DNA of 63,366 nucleotides, counting the filler, from Dugesia japonica (taxonomy: Eukaryota): the NCBI GenBank assembly GCA_001938525.1. It is 6 parts of 6 records of this genome, joined end to end, with 100 filler letters (N's around TTAATTAATTAA, not from the genome) between each part and the next. Parts side by side here need not be neighbours in the genome. Positions count along the whole stretch, not along the records: positions 28,416 to 42,569 come from MQRL01612482.1; positions 42,670 to 52,090 come from MQRL01645649.1; 4 more parts are not named here. One strand, 5' to 3'. The position numbers and the translations under genes were made by a program. Under the pieces are notes generated by a model that made no database searches, had not been told where the DNA came from, and saw nothing but the letters and a program-made list of their open reading frames with translations. Positions 37,001-50,379 of this stretch are shown one piece after another (position 1 is the stretch's first letter; each line of letters opens with the position of its first letter).

Positions 37001-37488
37001 GAATTTTTTCCTTTCCACGCTTGTAGATAATCAAATTTTGAAAATCTTTGATAAAATATTTATCTTTCTCAAAAACGAGCCTGAAAACCTTCAAATTCTT
37101 TCAACGTCTTTGCATATTCTTCCAACAAATCTTCATCTAACATACAAGAGACTAATCTCTCCTGTTTTCTCACATGGGTATTGTTTTTAGCTTCAAAATA
37201 CAATTCACACCTTTTGATAAATTTCTCAATATCTTCTCCTCTGCAGAAAACTTTTGGCAATAACCTCTCTGTAATGAAATCGGTGTTTACCATTCCCACC
37301 ATGTTAGGTAAATCTTCAATTGGTAATTCATTTTCCAAATCAGTACTAATATTTTGGGACATAATTTATTTTACTAATACAACTCTGCTATTTATAAATA
37401 ATTATCATTGAAAAGAACTGATTGAAACTTAGTACTGAATTTACTCGATTCCCATTGGCTAAAAATATCAAATAATAATTATTTCCTT
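34002..37488 (-). mobile_element. Internally deleted gypsy element with ~85-bp direct-repeat LTR remnants (34002-34087, 37397-37488)
   Basis: gag LLPKVFCRGEDIEKFIKRCELYF, four CCHC knuckles (36480-36680), protease CLLDTG, RT start (CNSPWNTP, IRICLNFRKLN), integrase tail, PPT-like AGTAGGGGGAAA ~35055. Confidence 0.88.
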
Positions 37489-40400
37489 AAAGTGGAGATT
37501 ATGTAATAATAAATATTGTCACCATGATGTAATATTTCAAAAAATGCGTATTCAATGGAATGACATTGTTAATTCGTAATTTATTATGTAATATTTTGAA
37601 AAGTTAACTTTTCATGGAAATTCATCAGGAAAATCAGTTTTTGTTTATATTAACCAATTTTTAACACGTGGATATTTTTACAACAATTAGGTCAAAATGA
37701 CCAAAGTAATTCTTTCAAAAAATAAAAAGTTATTCAAAATTTTTATTAAAGTGTATCAATAAATAGAGTATTTTTCGCTTATTACAAATAACGTAGCTAA
37801 AACCTATCCTTGATGAAAGAAACTGTAAACCCCGATAGATATGTTGGGGCTTCATTTTGGTTGAGTGTTTTATTTTATGTCTGGAAGAATTAGTCACCCA
37901 GCTAAGAATTTGATCTAGCGTTCCTGTGCTAGATTTTCGAAATGGAACCAGTGAATCGTAGCCTGTAGTTAAAGTGCATGCTTGACTTCTTTGGGTTCGG
38001 GTTCCTTATTCCCCTTACCTTTAGTTCTATAAGAGACAACACAACAAGACTATTGTTGCCAACATATTTATTCATATATCAAATTGTTCATTTAAGGTTG
38101 GGCCAAAGACTCGTTGTTTAAACTGAAAGCAGTTTCGTCATCCTGGTCATCTCATTGGTTAATGACCAGGGTGCCGCGTCTAGCAGCTAGATCCGCGCTA
38201 TATTGGTTCAAGAATTTTTCCTTTCGAAAAAGTCGGCTTGTAGTATCGTTAGTAGTAAATAGTGGTTTTTTAAACATAATTTCCGAATAATTTGATTTTT
38301 GCGCTCTATATGCCTAAGGAACATGCTCTCACGTTCCTTAGCATAATTAACGGGGTAAAGCTACCAACGATATTTGGTGGCAATTATTTCATCTAGGTCT
38401 AAGGAAAGATAATTATACGAGTAACAGTTCTTCAATCCAAAACGTAAAAGAAAATAATCAATCACAACTTCACAATAACAAAAATAAGCGAACAAAAGTC
38501 AAGACATTATTTTATTTACGACATAAATAAAGTAACGATGATTAATTAGTTCTCTACTTAAGCTGGTGCTCATCAAAATCTACCGTAAAGAAAGGAGTGG
38601 GAAATGCAGGAGACTCGGTATATGTGATAGTTGAGATGGGCCAATATCGGTGGTTATAAGGTTTGAGGCTGTCCTCGCCACGGTGCTGTATTTAGTCTTC
38701 CGGAGGAATATTTTGCCAATCCACCAGAATACCCACATTCCGGTGGAACGGATTCCACACGCGCTGGAACACGATGCGGTCGTTTACTAAATGAAATAAT
38801 CTTCAAGTGTATCATCTATTCATTCTAGTAAGATTAATGCAATTTAAGCTAACGACTATAAGAAATGAAATATTCATTATTAAAATATCAAATTTCATTT
38901 ATTCGTAACAAGAGTAAAAATAGGAGGATGGCCACATGTAATAGTATATCTACGACTAATGATGTTGGATGATAATAACGATAAATCTATGGATGGTATT
39001 GCTGCTGGTTAATATAAATTTGAAGTCCGATAATGAATTTAATTTGAGAAGCTGAATACTAATGATTATTAAGACCAAATGATTTATGTCCGCCATGAGA
39101 ATTAAGGATAACCATTCAAGTGCCCATTCTAATCTCAAAAATAATCATGAAAATAGTGTCTATAGTAATAATAATCATAATAATAAATTTATAATAATAA
39201 TATTAGTAGTATCCGGAATAAGTTGATCAAGAATGATGCTAATAATAACGATAATGATCTTAAACGCGCTGTTAATTGTACTAACAATAGTAATAGTGCC
39301 ATTATTAATAATACCGTAAAACGATGAGGATAATAACGATCATTTTAATATTTTTATGAAAAGAACAGCAGAATAATTGTGCAGTGAATAGAATATATGA
39401 GCTTATTAAGAGTTTTATAAATACTAATTAATGATAATTCTACTTTGATCCTTAACATATCGCTGCTATACCACAAATAATTCTTTCCCACACCATTTTC
39501 AACCATAATATAATAAAGCCAACAATTAAATTGTATTTTAATTAATTTTCTTCATAATAACTTCCCATACTATACTTTATGGTTCCCTTATTTTATCGAA
39601 AAGGAAGATTATATAATCATAAAACATGATAAAAGATAATCAAGTTAAATTCGGGAATCTGTTATCTATTTGCAGACGGAACTATTGATTAACAATGTAA
39701 TATTTCTCATGCTGTTTTTATGTAGTCAAATTGTAGAAGTGCCCACTCACTATTATCAAGAATCAAAAGTAAAGTAAATATTTAAAGTAAATAGATGATT
39801 CATCACAACTAGTTGGAAGTCTTATGTAACACTTTGCTATGGAGAACACACTTAATTTGCTGCGATGATCAATTATAATCATATATGAGTACCAGATGTT
39901 CATTAGCGGTTCGTGGTTTTCTTCTAACAGGTTTTAAAGAATTGGGAACAAACTGAAATTTATTCATTAAAAGAATACTCATTTACTCATTGTTACTGAG
40001 TGATTGCCATAAGAAATGATAATAATGATAGGCGTAATACATAAATTACAATAATTTTTATTAATAATAATAATAACGACAGCAATAGTGGGATTAATAA
40101 TTACTGACAACAGAGAATGTAATGATGACAACAATATTAATACTATTGCGAACCAATAATAACTATGGTTAGTAATAACTACTAACACTAATTTTGAAAT
40201 GATCCTTATGCATGTTATTCTAAATGACGATATCAACGAAATTAGCTAGCCAGTTTTCCCGAAAGCGACGAAAGTGAACCCACTAGCATGTTTCGGCCCA
40301 CCGCTAATCTCCTAAGGCTATTTGATTAAGTTATATAATATATAGAGACTCACAAGTCATCACTTTAACTGATAATTATAGCACAGTCTCAATGACAGAT

Positions 40401-41720
40401 CGGTAAAATAGTAACGTTGCTATGGTGGCAGTAATAGAAGAGATTAATTTTGGTGACTGACAATGGCGACTTCTTAATGGACCGTAGCAGTAAGTGATAA
40501 TGCCTACGGAACGCGTGGTGAATCTGAATTGGTTGGTAAATAACGTCGGAGACAAATAACTCGTAGCAGTACGAAATTCTTAAATTAAATCCAAATTGAT
40601 TTGGATTGAGAATGAATCACATTATCAATATCACTAAATTTACTAGCCCTGCTGACGAAATGAGAAGTGGCATTTATTATCGTGTTGCTCGATATACGGT
40701 ACTTGTGGCTACCGCGTGTGTTTCCTCATTGGAAATTAATTATTTTCTTAGTGATTTATCATGGTAAACATTCTTAATATAATTGAACTTTTTATCAAGC
40801 CATTGAGGGGACACCGAAGGTAATCCGTTTTAATTTCTTTTATTAATCAATATAACTAAGCAAGAGAATTTTAAGTAATTAATATTTATTTATAACTAAT
40901 AAAACAATCAAAATGCATCTTACTGATTTATTTGCTTGGTCTGCAAAGGTTGAAATTGCCGATAGAAATTGAAATAACTTCTTTGTTTGGAAGAGCGATA
41001 GAAGCTGTATATAATTTTTTAAGGGTGAAATCTTCTAAACTTCTGGGAGTTTTTTTTCTATTTACATCCCGATTCGTTTCTAATTGGTGGGCTATTTTAA
41101 AATGCTTTCTTTGCCTGCTGATTGGAGTTTGTTTTTTAAATTTCAAATTTTCTGTACTTGTCTTTGTTTTTTATTGGTGGATATTTAAAGCAACCACTTG
41201 ACTTTTGCTGCTTTGTTTGAAGTCTTTTTTCTGGTCTCTTATTGGCCTAATTTAGAGACCTCTTTCCTTGCCTCCCTAAGGATTTCTTATTTTAGCAATA
41301 AAAAAATTTGAATTCTCCTCTTCTAATTATATATAGGTTTTTATGTCCCGATCTTTTCAGATTATTCTGAGCAAAGTTATTCGCTTTTTCTTCTATTTTT
41401 CACTAATTAACCTTTGTCTTTATTCTCTTAATTAATTAATTATATTTTTTATATGGTTGTTGGGATCATGGGTGATATGGCTAAAAAATATATATATATC
41501 ACTCACAACCCTCAAACTGGGATTTAAATANCCGTCCTGAGAGTATGTTGATAGCAGCCCGGGTGACTCTTGCCCGACGCCAAGAGTGCATGAGCGTACC
41601 ATCTGCGTGTTATTTAGGTTCATGATATATCGACGATAGAAGTCGTAAGGAAAGAAAAACCAAATGGTCTAATTATGGTATTTTATACAAAATGTACACG
41701 ATGTTCAAATGTGGTTAGAG

Positions 41721-42113
41721 TTAATTTTCATCGGAAAGATCCACAAAAATCTTCCGGATCTTTCTTGGAGGAGAAGTTGTAGAGGAAGTTGATGGTTGGG
41801 AATGCACTCTCTCGCTTAAATGCTTATTTTCTGTGTGGAGCCATTCTACCTCGGCCTCCAACTCCCATATCTTCATATCCTGGGCTGCGTCCCTCCGGGT
41901 ATACTCAATATTCTGTCGACGGAGTTGAGTCATCTCGAAAACTAACATTCCTATCTTTTCCTGAAGAGCTTGACAGGCCCTTGACCAATTTGTGGTGGTA
42001 GCTAACTGTCTATCAAAGCTAGCTGCGATCTGAACCTCTGCTCCAAAGTTTCGGCTTGGTCTAAGTTGGAACAGGGGCTGATTAGCCACATTTTGCGGTG
42101 CATTTTCGTCCAT
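41721..42113 (-). CDS. Intact hypothetical coiled-coil protein (130 aa), possibly a retroelement accessory ORF
   Basis: GC-richer ORF with heptad pattern, Ser/Thr/Pro tail and basic PRKIRK; no family recognised. Confidence 0.5.
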   Translation of the reverse strand: MDENAPQNVANQPLFQLRPSRNFGAEVQIAASFDRQLATTTNWSRACQALQEKIGMLVFEMTQLRRQNIEYTRRDAAQDMKIWELEAEVEWLHTENKHLSERVHSQPSTSSTTSPPRKIRKIFVDLSDEN

Positions 42114-42569
42114 ACCTGAACATTTCAGATTAAATCTGGCTTAATCGGTATCTCATTATGCGGTAATGGAACGTTTAGGGACGCTTTATTTTAGTGTTGT
42201 TTCTACTGATAGTAATATTGATTTTTAAGAGAATAACGATAGTAATGGTATCCGTGATACACCTAAGAAACACAATTTAACACTAAATTTCCTGCGCGTC
42301 CTAATAATGAACTAATGAGTAGCTGTCTATTGATGGTAAAACACTTTTAAATCGAGATACAGTATACTAATTTAAGATATTAAGGAATGAAATAAATTTA
42401 AGTGATGTAGTAATATTATACTGTTGATAAACAACTAAATCCGATCATGGTAATAAGTGATAATAATCATACTCCTAAAATAAAATACTACTGAATCGTA
42501 ACGGTATTGGTGAAGGGGATATAAAGTGTATTAAGAATCTTAATGGGAAATCCCAAAAATAATAAGGAT

Positions 42570-42669
42570 NNNNNNNNNNNNNNNNNNNNNNNNNNNNNNN
42601 NNNNNNNNNNNNNTTAATTAATTAANNNNNNNNNNNNNNNNNNNNNNNNNNNNNNNNNNNNNNNNNNNN
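42570..42669. other. Artificial scaffold-joining spacer
   Basis: N44-TTAATTAATTAA-N44. Confidence 0.97.
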
Positions 42670-42725
<56 letters not shown>

Positions 42726-42742
42726 TAATAATAATTATTAAT
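42670..42742. repeat. (ATT)n microsatellite
   Basis: Read directly. Confidence 0.95.
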
Positions 42743-42744
42743 TT

Positions 42745-45700
42745 TATGATCTCATCCAATAGAAATTGATTTATCTGAATATTAATATTGAAATTCTTGT
42801 ATTTCAATATTATTTATATTATGAAACGTGTGTTAATTATGATTTGCAAAATTAATTACCGATTAAAAATTTACCCAACATGGTGGCAGCAGTAAATACC
42901 GATTCTTTTACAGAGAAGTTATCGCCAAAAGTGTTCTGCAGAGGAGATGATATTGAGAAATTCATCAAGCGATGTGAATTGTATTTTGAAGCTAAAAACA
43001 TCACTCATTTGAAACAACAGGGTTGATTAGTCTCTTGTTTGGTAGTGAAGATTTGTTGGAAAAATATGTAAAGACGTTTAAAATAATTGAAAGTTTTCAG
43101 GCTCGTTAACGTATGGTATTTGAGAAAAAGAAAGATTTTATCAAAGACTTTCAAAATTTGATTAACTTCATGCGTGGAAATGAAGAGATTCAAGTTTATT
43201 TTTAAAATGTAAAAGATTTAGTGGAAAGATTATTTACAAATGAAGATTTTACTGAAGAAAAAATAGTAGCAAAGATGCCAGTATATTGTTCAGATAACAA
43301 AACAGTTGAAGAAGAAGTGACTTTGAGGAAACGAGAGAATATAGAAAAAATTGAAGAAACAATGATGTTAGTAGATCAAGTAGAGAAAAAGAGAGATCAA
43401 GTCAATGCAGTTAGAAGTTACACGAGAGTTATTAATTTAAATTATCAGAAACCGGTAAATTATACAGTGTATAGACATGTGGGGAAAAGAAAGGAAAAAC
43501 AAAATATCAGATGCTACTAATGTCATAGGTTTAGTCATACTATAGCCAATTGTCGGACAAAATAAATTGTCATGAAACAGAACAAACAAGTCGAGATTGT
43601 CAAAATAAAAAACCAACAAAATAAGTAGGATATGTCAAAAAGTGAGGTGTAAACGATGAGGTAATGGTGGACATTACGAGAAGTAAATTTACAAATGAGT
43701 GATGAAATATTGCGTTGTGCAAATAATGTTACACTTGAAATTGTTTGAAAAGTTAAAATTGGAGTGATAATTGATGAAATTTGCAAAGAGATTAGTTTCT
43801 TTATTGAAGAAAGAGTAACATCAGATCTGATAGGAGAAATAGATATGCATAAGATTTTTGAGTACTAGCTTATGCGAAAGGTCGATAGCAAAACGGATAA
43901 AAAAGTCGAAAATTACATTTGCAATATTGAAGTAAAATTCGAAAGAGAAATTAAAAAAGGAGAGCGATTGACAAGAGGCTTAAATATTTTGAAGATTAAA
44001 GAGGATCAACGGTTATTGAAAATAATTGAAAGTAAAGAAAATGCTTTTATGGTAGATAAATTAGATGTAGGACGCACACATTTGACAAGACACAAAATAT
44101 TCACAAGTGGTGAACCAATCAATGTAAACCGTATATACAACCAATGAACTTAGAATCTAAAATTGAAGAAGCTATCCAAAACCATATCGAGAATAATATT
44201 ATCCGGAAATGCAACTTTCCTTGGAATACCCCACTGATCTGTGTTTGGAAAAAAAGAAAGACATAAGAATATGTTTGAATTTTAGACGATTGAATGTAGT
44301 AACGAAAGGACAATCCTTTCGAATGCCTAATGTCGATGAAAAGTTAGTTGAAACCAAAAAATTAAGTTCAATAAATTTGGGAAATATCTACTAGCAGGTA
44401 AAGCTTGAAGACTGTATTTTCAACGAAACACGGACAATATTGTTTTAATAGAAGGTCATTTGGTATCGTAGTGGCACACTTTAGGAAATGATGACAAAAG
44501 TGGTAGGCGGAATCAGATTCCAAGAAAGGGAAGATTAAAACGAGAATAATGAACATAATTGAAAAGGAAAAACAAGATCATTCAAATATTTCTGAGGAAA
44601 CAGATTTGATCAAGAAACTGACAATTCCGGATGACAAACTACGTGAAACAATTGTAGAAATACATATATTATTATGTCATGCAGGATTTGAAAAGGTGTA
44701 CGAATATATGAGAAAAAATATATTGCAAAGAATTTGTGCAACCAAATACAGAAAGTAGTTCGAAGTTGTGAAATTTGTCAAAAGACCAAAGTAGTGACAA
44801 CACCAACTAAAGAGTAGAAAAAGAGTTTAGAAGCTACTAATTTATTTGAAGTGATATTAACAGATATATGTGGGCCAATGTGGGAAACAAGTGAAAGGAA
44901 AAAATACATTCTTGGAATATCCGACCTTTACAGTAAATATCTGGTTCTTATACCATTGCCTAGACACGACAAGGAAACAATATGAAACGGTATTTTTGAA
45001 ATGTGGTTACTGATATTTGGATGTCTGAGAGAGATAAGATTAGATTTTGGAAAAGCTTTTGAATCTAGAGTAATGAGAGAGTTTGCACTGAAGGTAGATG
45101 TTAAACTTTGCTTTTTGAGTCCATATCATTATATTGCAAAAGGAAAAATTAAGAGACAGTTTAGAGCAGTTTAGTTTAATTCAATTCAAGATTTGATTAA
45201 TGCAACACTTCAGGAAAGAAAGAACATATTAGACAGATCTTTTTCCGAAAATAGAATATACAATGAACTCAATAAAACAAAAGACAACTGGAAAGAGTCC
45301 GACTGAGATCGAATTTAGAAAGAGAATTAGCAGAGAAAAGTAGTACGAGTCAGACATGTTAGATGGAACTAAAGAAAATTTTTCTTGACGTGATAACTAA
45401 AATAGAATTCAAAGTGGGTGATGTTCTACTCATCAAGGTAGACACAAGAAATAAAAATCAAGAGAGATTTGAAGGTCCTTATCGAATAATTGAGAAAATT
45501 CATGAAAGACGGTATGCTATACAAAGAGAAAATGGACAGCGATTAGAAAGAAATGTGGAAAAACGTAGGAAGTTTCTTAAGAAGAGGGATATGAGGAAAT
45601 ATTTATTAATTAATAATCCCATCCAATAGAAATTGAGTTATCTGAATATTAATATTGAAATTCTTGTATTTTCATATTAATTATATTATGAAACGTGGGT

Positions 45701-45770
45701 AGTAGTAAAATATAAGATGTCTCAAAATATTAATTATGACTTGCAAAAGGAATAACTACTTGAATATTTA
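42745..45770 (+). mobile_element. Internally deleted gypsy element (same family as 34002-37488) with short LTR-like direct repeats (~42752-42850, ~45591-45750)
   Basis: Near-identical gag (LSPKVFCRGDDIEKFIKRCELYF), RT start, integrase (HILLCHAG, CEICQK, DICGP, FEGPYRII), PPT AAGAAGAGGGA; CATCCAATAGAAATTGA...GAAACGTG repeated at both ends. Confidence 0.9.
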
Positions 45771-45779
45771 CTAACAATG

Positions 45780-45844
<65 letters not shown>

Positions 45845-45968
45845 NNNNNNNNNNNNNNNNNNNNNNNNNNNNNNNNNNNNNNNNNNNNNNNNNNTTAATA
45901 TTATTATTAATATTATTATTAATATTATTATTAATATTATTATTAATATTATTATTAATATTATTATT
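45780..45968. repeat. (ATT)n and (ATTATTATTAAT)n microsatellite
   Basis: Read directly; contains an N gap. Confidence 0.95.
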
Positions 45969-47493
45969 CTTAGTAATTGTAAAAAATGGGGTACCAGTCA
46001 TGTTGCTCCAAAGGGCAGTAGTAATAGTAGTACAAGTTTAGGCATGAAGCTGTATTTCCTATGCTTTGTGACTAGAAATCATGTATACTCTTACGCAAGC
46101 TACCGTTCACTACGTTTACTGCATTTCACGTCATAAAGCATAGAAAAAATCATTTTTAGACTTAAAGTCGTTCTCCTATTACTACTTGTTTTCATTTTAT
46201 TTTGAATAAACAGGAATAAATAAAAAACTAAAAAAAATTTTATCATTAAGCACTGGAATTTAATATAAAAAAACGATGAATAAAAAATGTGAATTAAAAT
46301 CTAAAATTTAATTTTAGATAATGTTAATAAATTAAATTTTAAATACCTGCTTGTTTTTAAAATTAATATATATAAATATAAATTTTTTATATAAATTAAT
46401 ATATAAAAATTTATTAGTATAAAAATCTGAAAATTTATATTTTAAAAACGTTTTTTAATTAGAGAAATGATAGGAATTTTAAATTTTATTAATTGTAGAT
46501 TTTTTATAAAAAGTTATTTTGAATATTTTGAATTTCTTAATTAGTAAATTCAATTTCATTAGGTTTAAATTTATTTATAAAATATCATTTTTTATGTTTA
46601 GAAAATCGTTTATACTAATAATAAATTTTTCAAAACAATAATTACATTTTCATTGATAAGTTAATAAAGTTTTACAATTTCCGAAATCACTATGATTATA
46701 TAATTTAACTTTTCCTAGAAATATTTCACCACAATCATTACAATTATATTCTCTCATTTTAATATATAAATTTTAAATACAATAGATAATTCTAAAAATC
46801 ATCTGAACACTGATGAATTAAAAATGATGAATTATTAGAAAATAATGATATTTGAGTATTTGATGTATTTTTGAGTATTTTTGTATGGAAACGGTTGGTT
46901 TTAATATTTTTTGATGTGAGAAGAGGGGAGTCTTGATACTTTTAAAGGGAAAATTTTTTGGTGGGAAATAAAAAAAAATATTTTTAACGAGAAATTTAAA
47001 ATTTTATTTTTAAATAAAAGAAATTTTTTTAAAATTTAATAAAATTTTTTTGAGAAGACTTTATATTTATGTAAGAGATGAGGCAGTCTTGACATTTTGC
47101 ATGGGGAGTCTCTATATTTTGCATCGGATGGAGCAGTCTAAAATTCATAGTCACGTGATTTTCAATGTATGTCTTGCACATGAGTTGCATACCTATTGCA
47201 TTTTTTTAAAAAAATCAATAAAAATTCCGAGGCATGTATTTTCAGTTTATGTGTGTTGCATCTGAATAGCATTTGATCTGCCTACATATTGCATTTATTA
47301 ATAGAAACTTCCCATGCACGTTATTTTTAGTTTGTGTGTTGCATCTGAGTGTCAACCTTATTGCATACATACTGCATTTATTAATAAAAATAATTAAACT
47401 TTCAATTATAAACAATTAACTAAAATATGAATAAATTAAAGACGATTAAGATAAAGACATTAAGAAATTATGCGCATTGTTGTCTATCTAAAT

Positions 47494-47718
47494 TTTGGAC
47501 CTAGCGATAGAAGAAAAATATAGCTTGTATGTCAATTATTGAAATCAAAGTTATTCAAGTCTAAATTTAAACAAATATACTTACATGAGAAGCAGGGACT
47601 GACTAAATCTGAATTTTCTAATATTAAAATGAAAATAATAATTGGTTTTGATTCTAATTGGAGTAAACGATTAAAACTAGGTGATGTTATTGTTGTTGAT
47701 GATTTGTATCAGGAGGCT
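47494..47718 (+). pseudogene. Packaging ATPase remnant fused to integrase
   Basis: Degenerate Walker A FGPSDRRKI* in frame with Walker B VIVVDDL. Confidence 0.6.
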
Positions 47719-48543
47719 ATAGAGATGATTCCGTATTCAAAAATGAATAAAGGATACAAGTATATTTTAACATGTATCGATGTATTCAGTAGATTTGGAA
47801 GACCTGCTCCTGTTTAATCAAAATCTGCTAATGATATGGAACCAGAAATCAAATATATGTTTACAAATTGACATCCAGATAATTTACAAACGGATTTTGG
47901 TAAGGAATTCTACAATTCCAAAGTGAAACAACTTAGAAATCCTCTATCGATAAACCATTATAATATATTCTCTCAGTATAAAGCTGCAAATGTAGAGAGA
48001 TTTAATCGTATATTGAGAGATGCATTGAAAAAGTACTTTTTACATGTTGGTAAAAAGACTTAAATAAGTGTTTTACCGAAACATATTCATAGTTATAATC
48101 ATTCTGCTCATAAGGAATTAAATGGAGGAAGACCAGTTGATGGAAAAACAAACAATCAATTAAAGTTATGGTTATTGCAAAAATATTCAAAAGCAAGTAA
48201 AACACCAAAGTATAACGTTTGCGATCATGTGAGAATATCGTAAATATCAGCTTAGCCATATATCAAGAATTTCAATAGTAATTGGAGTAATGAAGTGTTT
48301 CAAATAACAAAAACCATTATGAAACAATATCTGGTCATGAATGTTATTAAAGATTATGAAGATAATATCGTGCAAGGAAAATTCTATGAGGAAGTATTAC
48401 AAGTCATTCCACCACCAGAGATATATAGAATAGAAACAATAATCAAATCAAAAAGATCAGGAAAGAATAACCAATACTATGTAAAGTGGCATGGATACAA
48501 AAGAGTAAGTTGGATATTAGCATCACAAATAGTCAATCAGTAA
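47719..48543 (+). pseudogene. Polinton retroviral-like integrase with chromodomain
   Basis: NKGYKYILTCIDVFSRF, LQTDFGKEFYN, KAANVERFNR, NWSNEVFQI, VQGKFYEE, QYYVKWHGY. Confidence 0.92.
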
Positions 48544-48554
48544 GAACATTTAGA

Positions 48555-49632
48555 TGAAATCAGATAACGTCTATTCACTATTACCTAGTAATAGTAGTCC
48601 ACTAGTTCATCCAAATAATACTGCTAGTAATTATGTTGTTTAGCTTCAAAATCCAATTTACATGGATGATAAATGGGAAGTTGCCAAAATGGATTTTAAC
48701 TTTGTATATTCAGCCATACCGATTTATAGTCAATCTAAGATTGAATATGAATTATTTAAAATAATTCAGAAAAAACTAATACTTGATGTTAACAATAAAG
48801 AAAAAACGTTTTTTAACTGTTAATTTTCGATAAAAATATAAAAATAATACGGAAACAGTTATAAAATTATCGAAAGAAATCGTTTTAATCTTTACTAGTG
48901 ATATTACATACCACAGTTTATTATTTGAAAATCGGGAAACTATAAAGAGATTTTCACGTTTTAACGGTGAATAAGTAAGTGAAAAGAATACATTAAGTTT
49001 TTATGCTAATAAGCATTTTGGAGATAAAAGATTTTTTCTTGGCTTTCAGAACTTTAAAGACGATGATTCCATTGAAAAAATAAATATTAAATATTATTAT
49101 CCGATTGTAACTGAACATTCCTTTCAATTCAAATCTGAATTGCATATATAGAGGATTTAAATCAACTAAATGCATTTGTAAACACTACTTTCTAAAGTTA
49201 TTTAAAACGTTTACATTAAAGCAAGATGAACTATTTGAATTTACATTAGCAATTGAAGCTAAAAGTGTTAAATTCGAAAAAATCTTAACAAAAATATTAG
49301 GATTAAAAGAATCGCAATATACTCGAATACAATTGAATGATAAACAACCACTAAATAAACGTAATATGAAACCTAGAATATTAAAGTGTAATAATGAAAT
49401 TTTCATCTATTGTAGTATTGTTAAACCTATAATTGTCGGAGATGTTAATGTTCCTTTATTCAAAGCAGTTTGGATAGAAAAACATGAGAATGATGATGTA
49501 GTTCAAATAATTGTTGATCATCCGATGTATCTACCTATTTCTTCATCATATATAAAAAATATAGAAATCAATATACGTGATGATAGTAGAAAACTAGTCA
49601 ACTTTGCCGAAGACTCAAAAACACATAATTAA
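48555..49632 (+). pseudogene. Polinton minor capsid (penton-like) protein
   Basis: LPSNSS..HPNNTASNY...PIYMDDKWEVA at the N-terminus; IFIYCSIVKPIIVGDVNVPL...PMYLP...IEINIRDD at the C-terminus. Confidence 0.85.
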
Positions 49633-49634
49633 TA

Positions 49635-49860
49635 ATGAATCCTGATATTGTATCATTGTATAGTACTAGTCAAGAGGGTGGAGAAATACCTTACTTTCTT
49701 AGAAATCAGTATGGATCTGGGTGGTTATGAACAATAGGGATATTTTCTTAGCCTATTCTTAGACGTATTGGTGATTTTGGTATGAAATCAGATCAGGATG
49801 TTCTAGGTAATTACGGAAAAATACTAACTACATTTAAATCAAATGAATTAAAACTGGTGA
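49635..49860 (+). pseudogene. Small Polinton core-like protein with QxGG/QYGSG motifs
   Basis: MNPDIVSLYSTSQEGGEIPYFLRNQYGSGWL*; lies directly after the minor capsid gene. Confidence 0.6.
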
Positions 49861-50379
49861 AGTCTTAGTAGAAACAATATGTGATATGCATAATGAAAAT
49901 GTTGATTTAACTGAAGAAAATAATCATTTAAAAAATGTTTTAAATAATAATAATTTATATAATATAGAAGATTAAAACTTTAGAGAGAAAATAAAAAAAA
50001 ATTTTCACAGGATCAAAATCAATACTTAGTACATTGAGAAATAAAGTATCACAAAAAGTAGTGTCACGAACCCGCCATCCCCCGGGGTGGGGGTTTCAAT
50101 ATGTGACAGTGCGCTACTATCTTTCTACTAATAGAATATAACTTACTTATTTACTCAATAAAATATAAGTTACTCATTTACTCATTTACTCAACTACTCA
50201 TTTACTTTGTAAAATATAATTTACTCATTTACTCAATTTTCATATTAATAATTTTTCAGTGGTAGTTTTCTAGACCATTATAAATAGTTATTCTAAGTAA
50301 AACTATATTTTAAAAAATATTATTATTTTGATTATTATAATTTATAATTAATTATATAACTTTATATTAATCCGAGATC

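Larger units (their letters stand above)
47490..50129 (+). mobile_element. Deleted Polinton/Maverick: ATPase remnant, chromo-integrase, minor capsid, QxGG core protein, right terminus
   Basis: Gene order and motifs listed in the sub-features; ends GTGCGCTACTATCTTTCTACT. Confidence 0.88.

Noticed and set aside
45771-46136. Poly-Ile and poly-Asn ORFs (also 42622-42807)
   Set aside because: Translations of (ATT)n microsatellites and N gaps.
5263-50129. One complete Polinton assembled from the pPolB, ATPase, integrase and capsid pieces
   Set aside because: The pieces lie on different scaffolds separated by artificial spacers, and no major capsid or protease was recognised.
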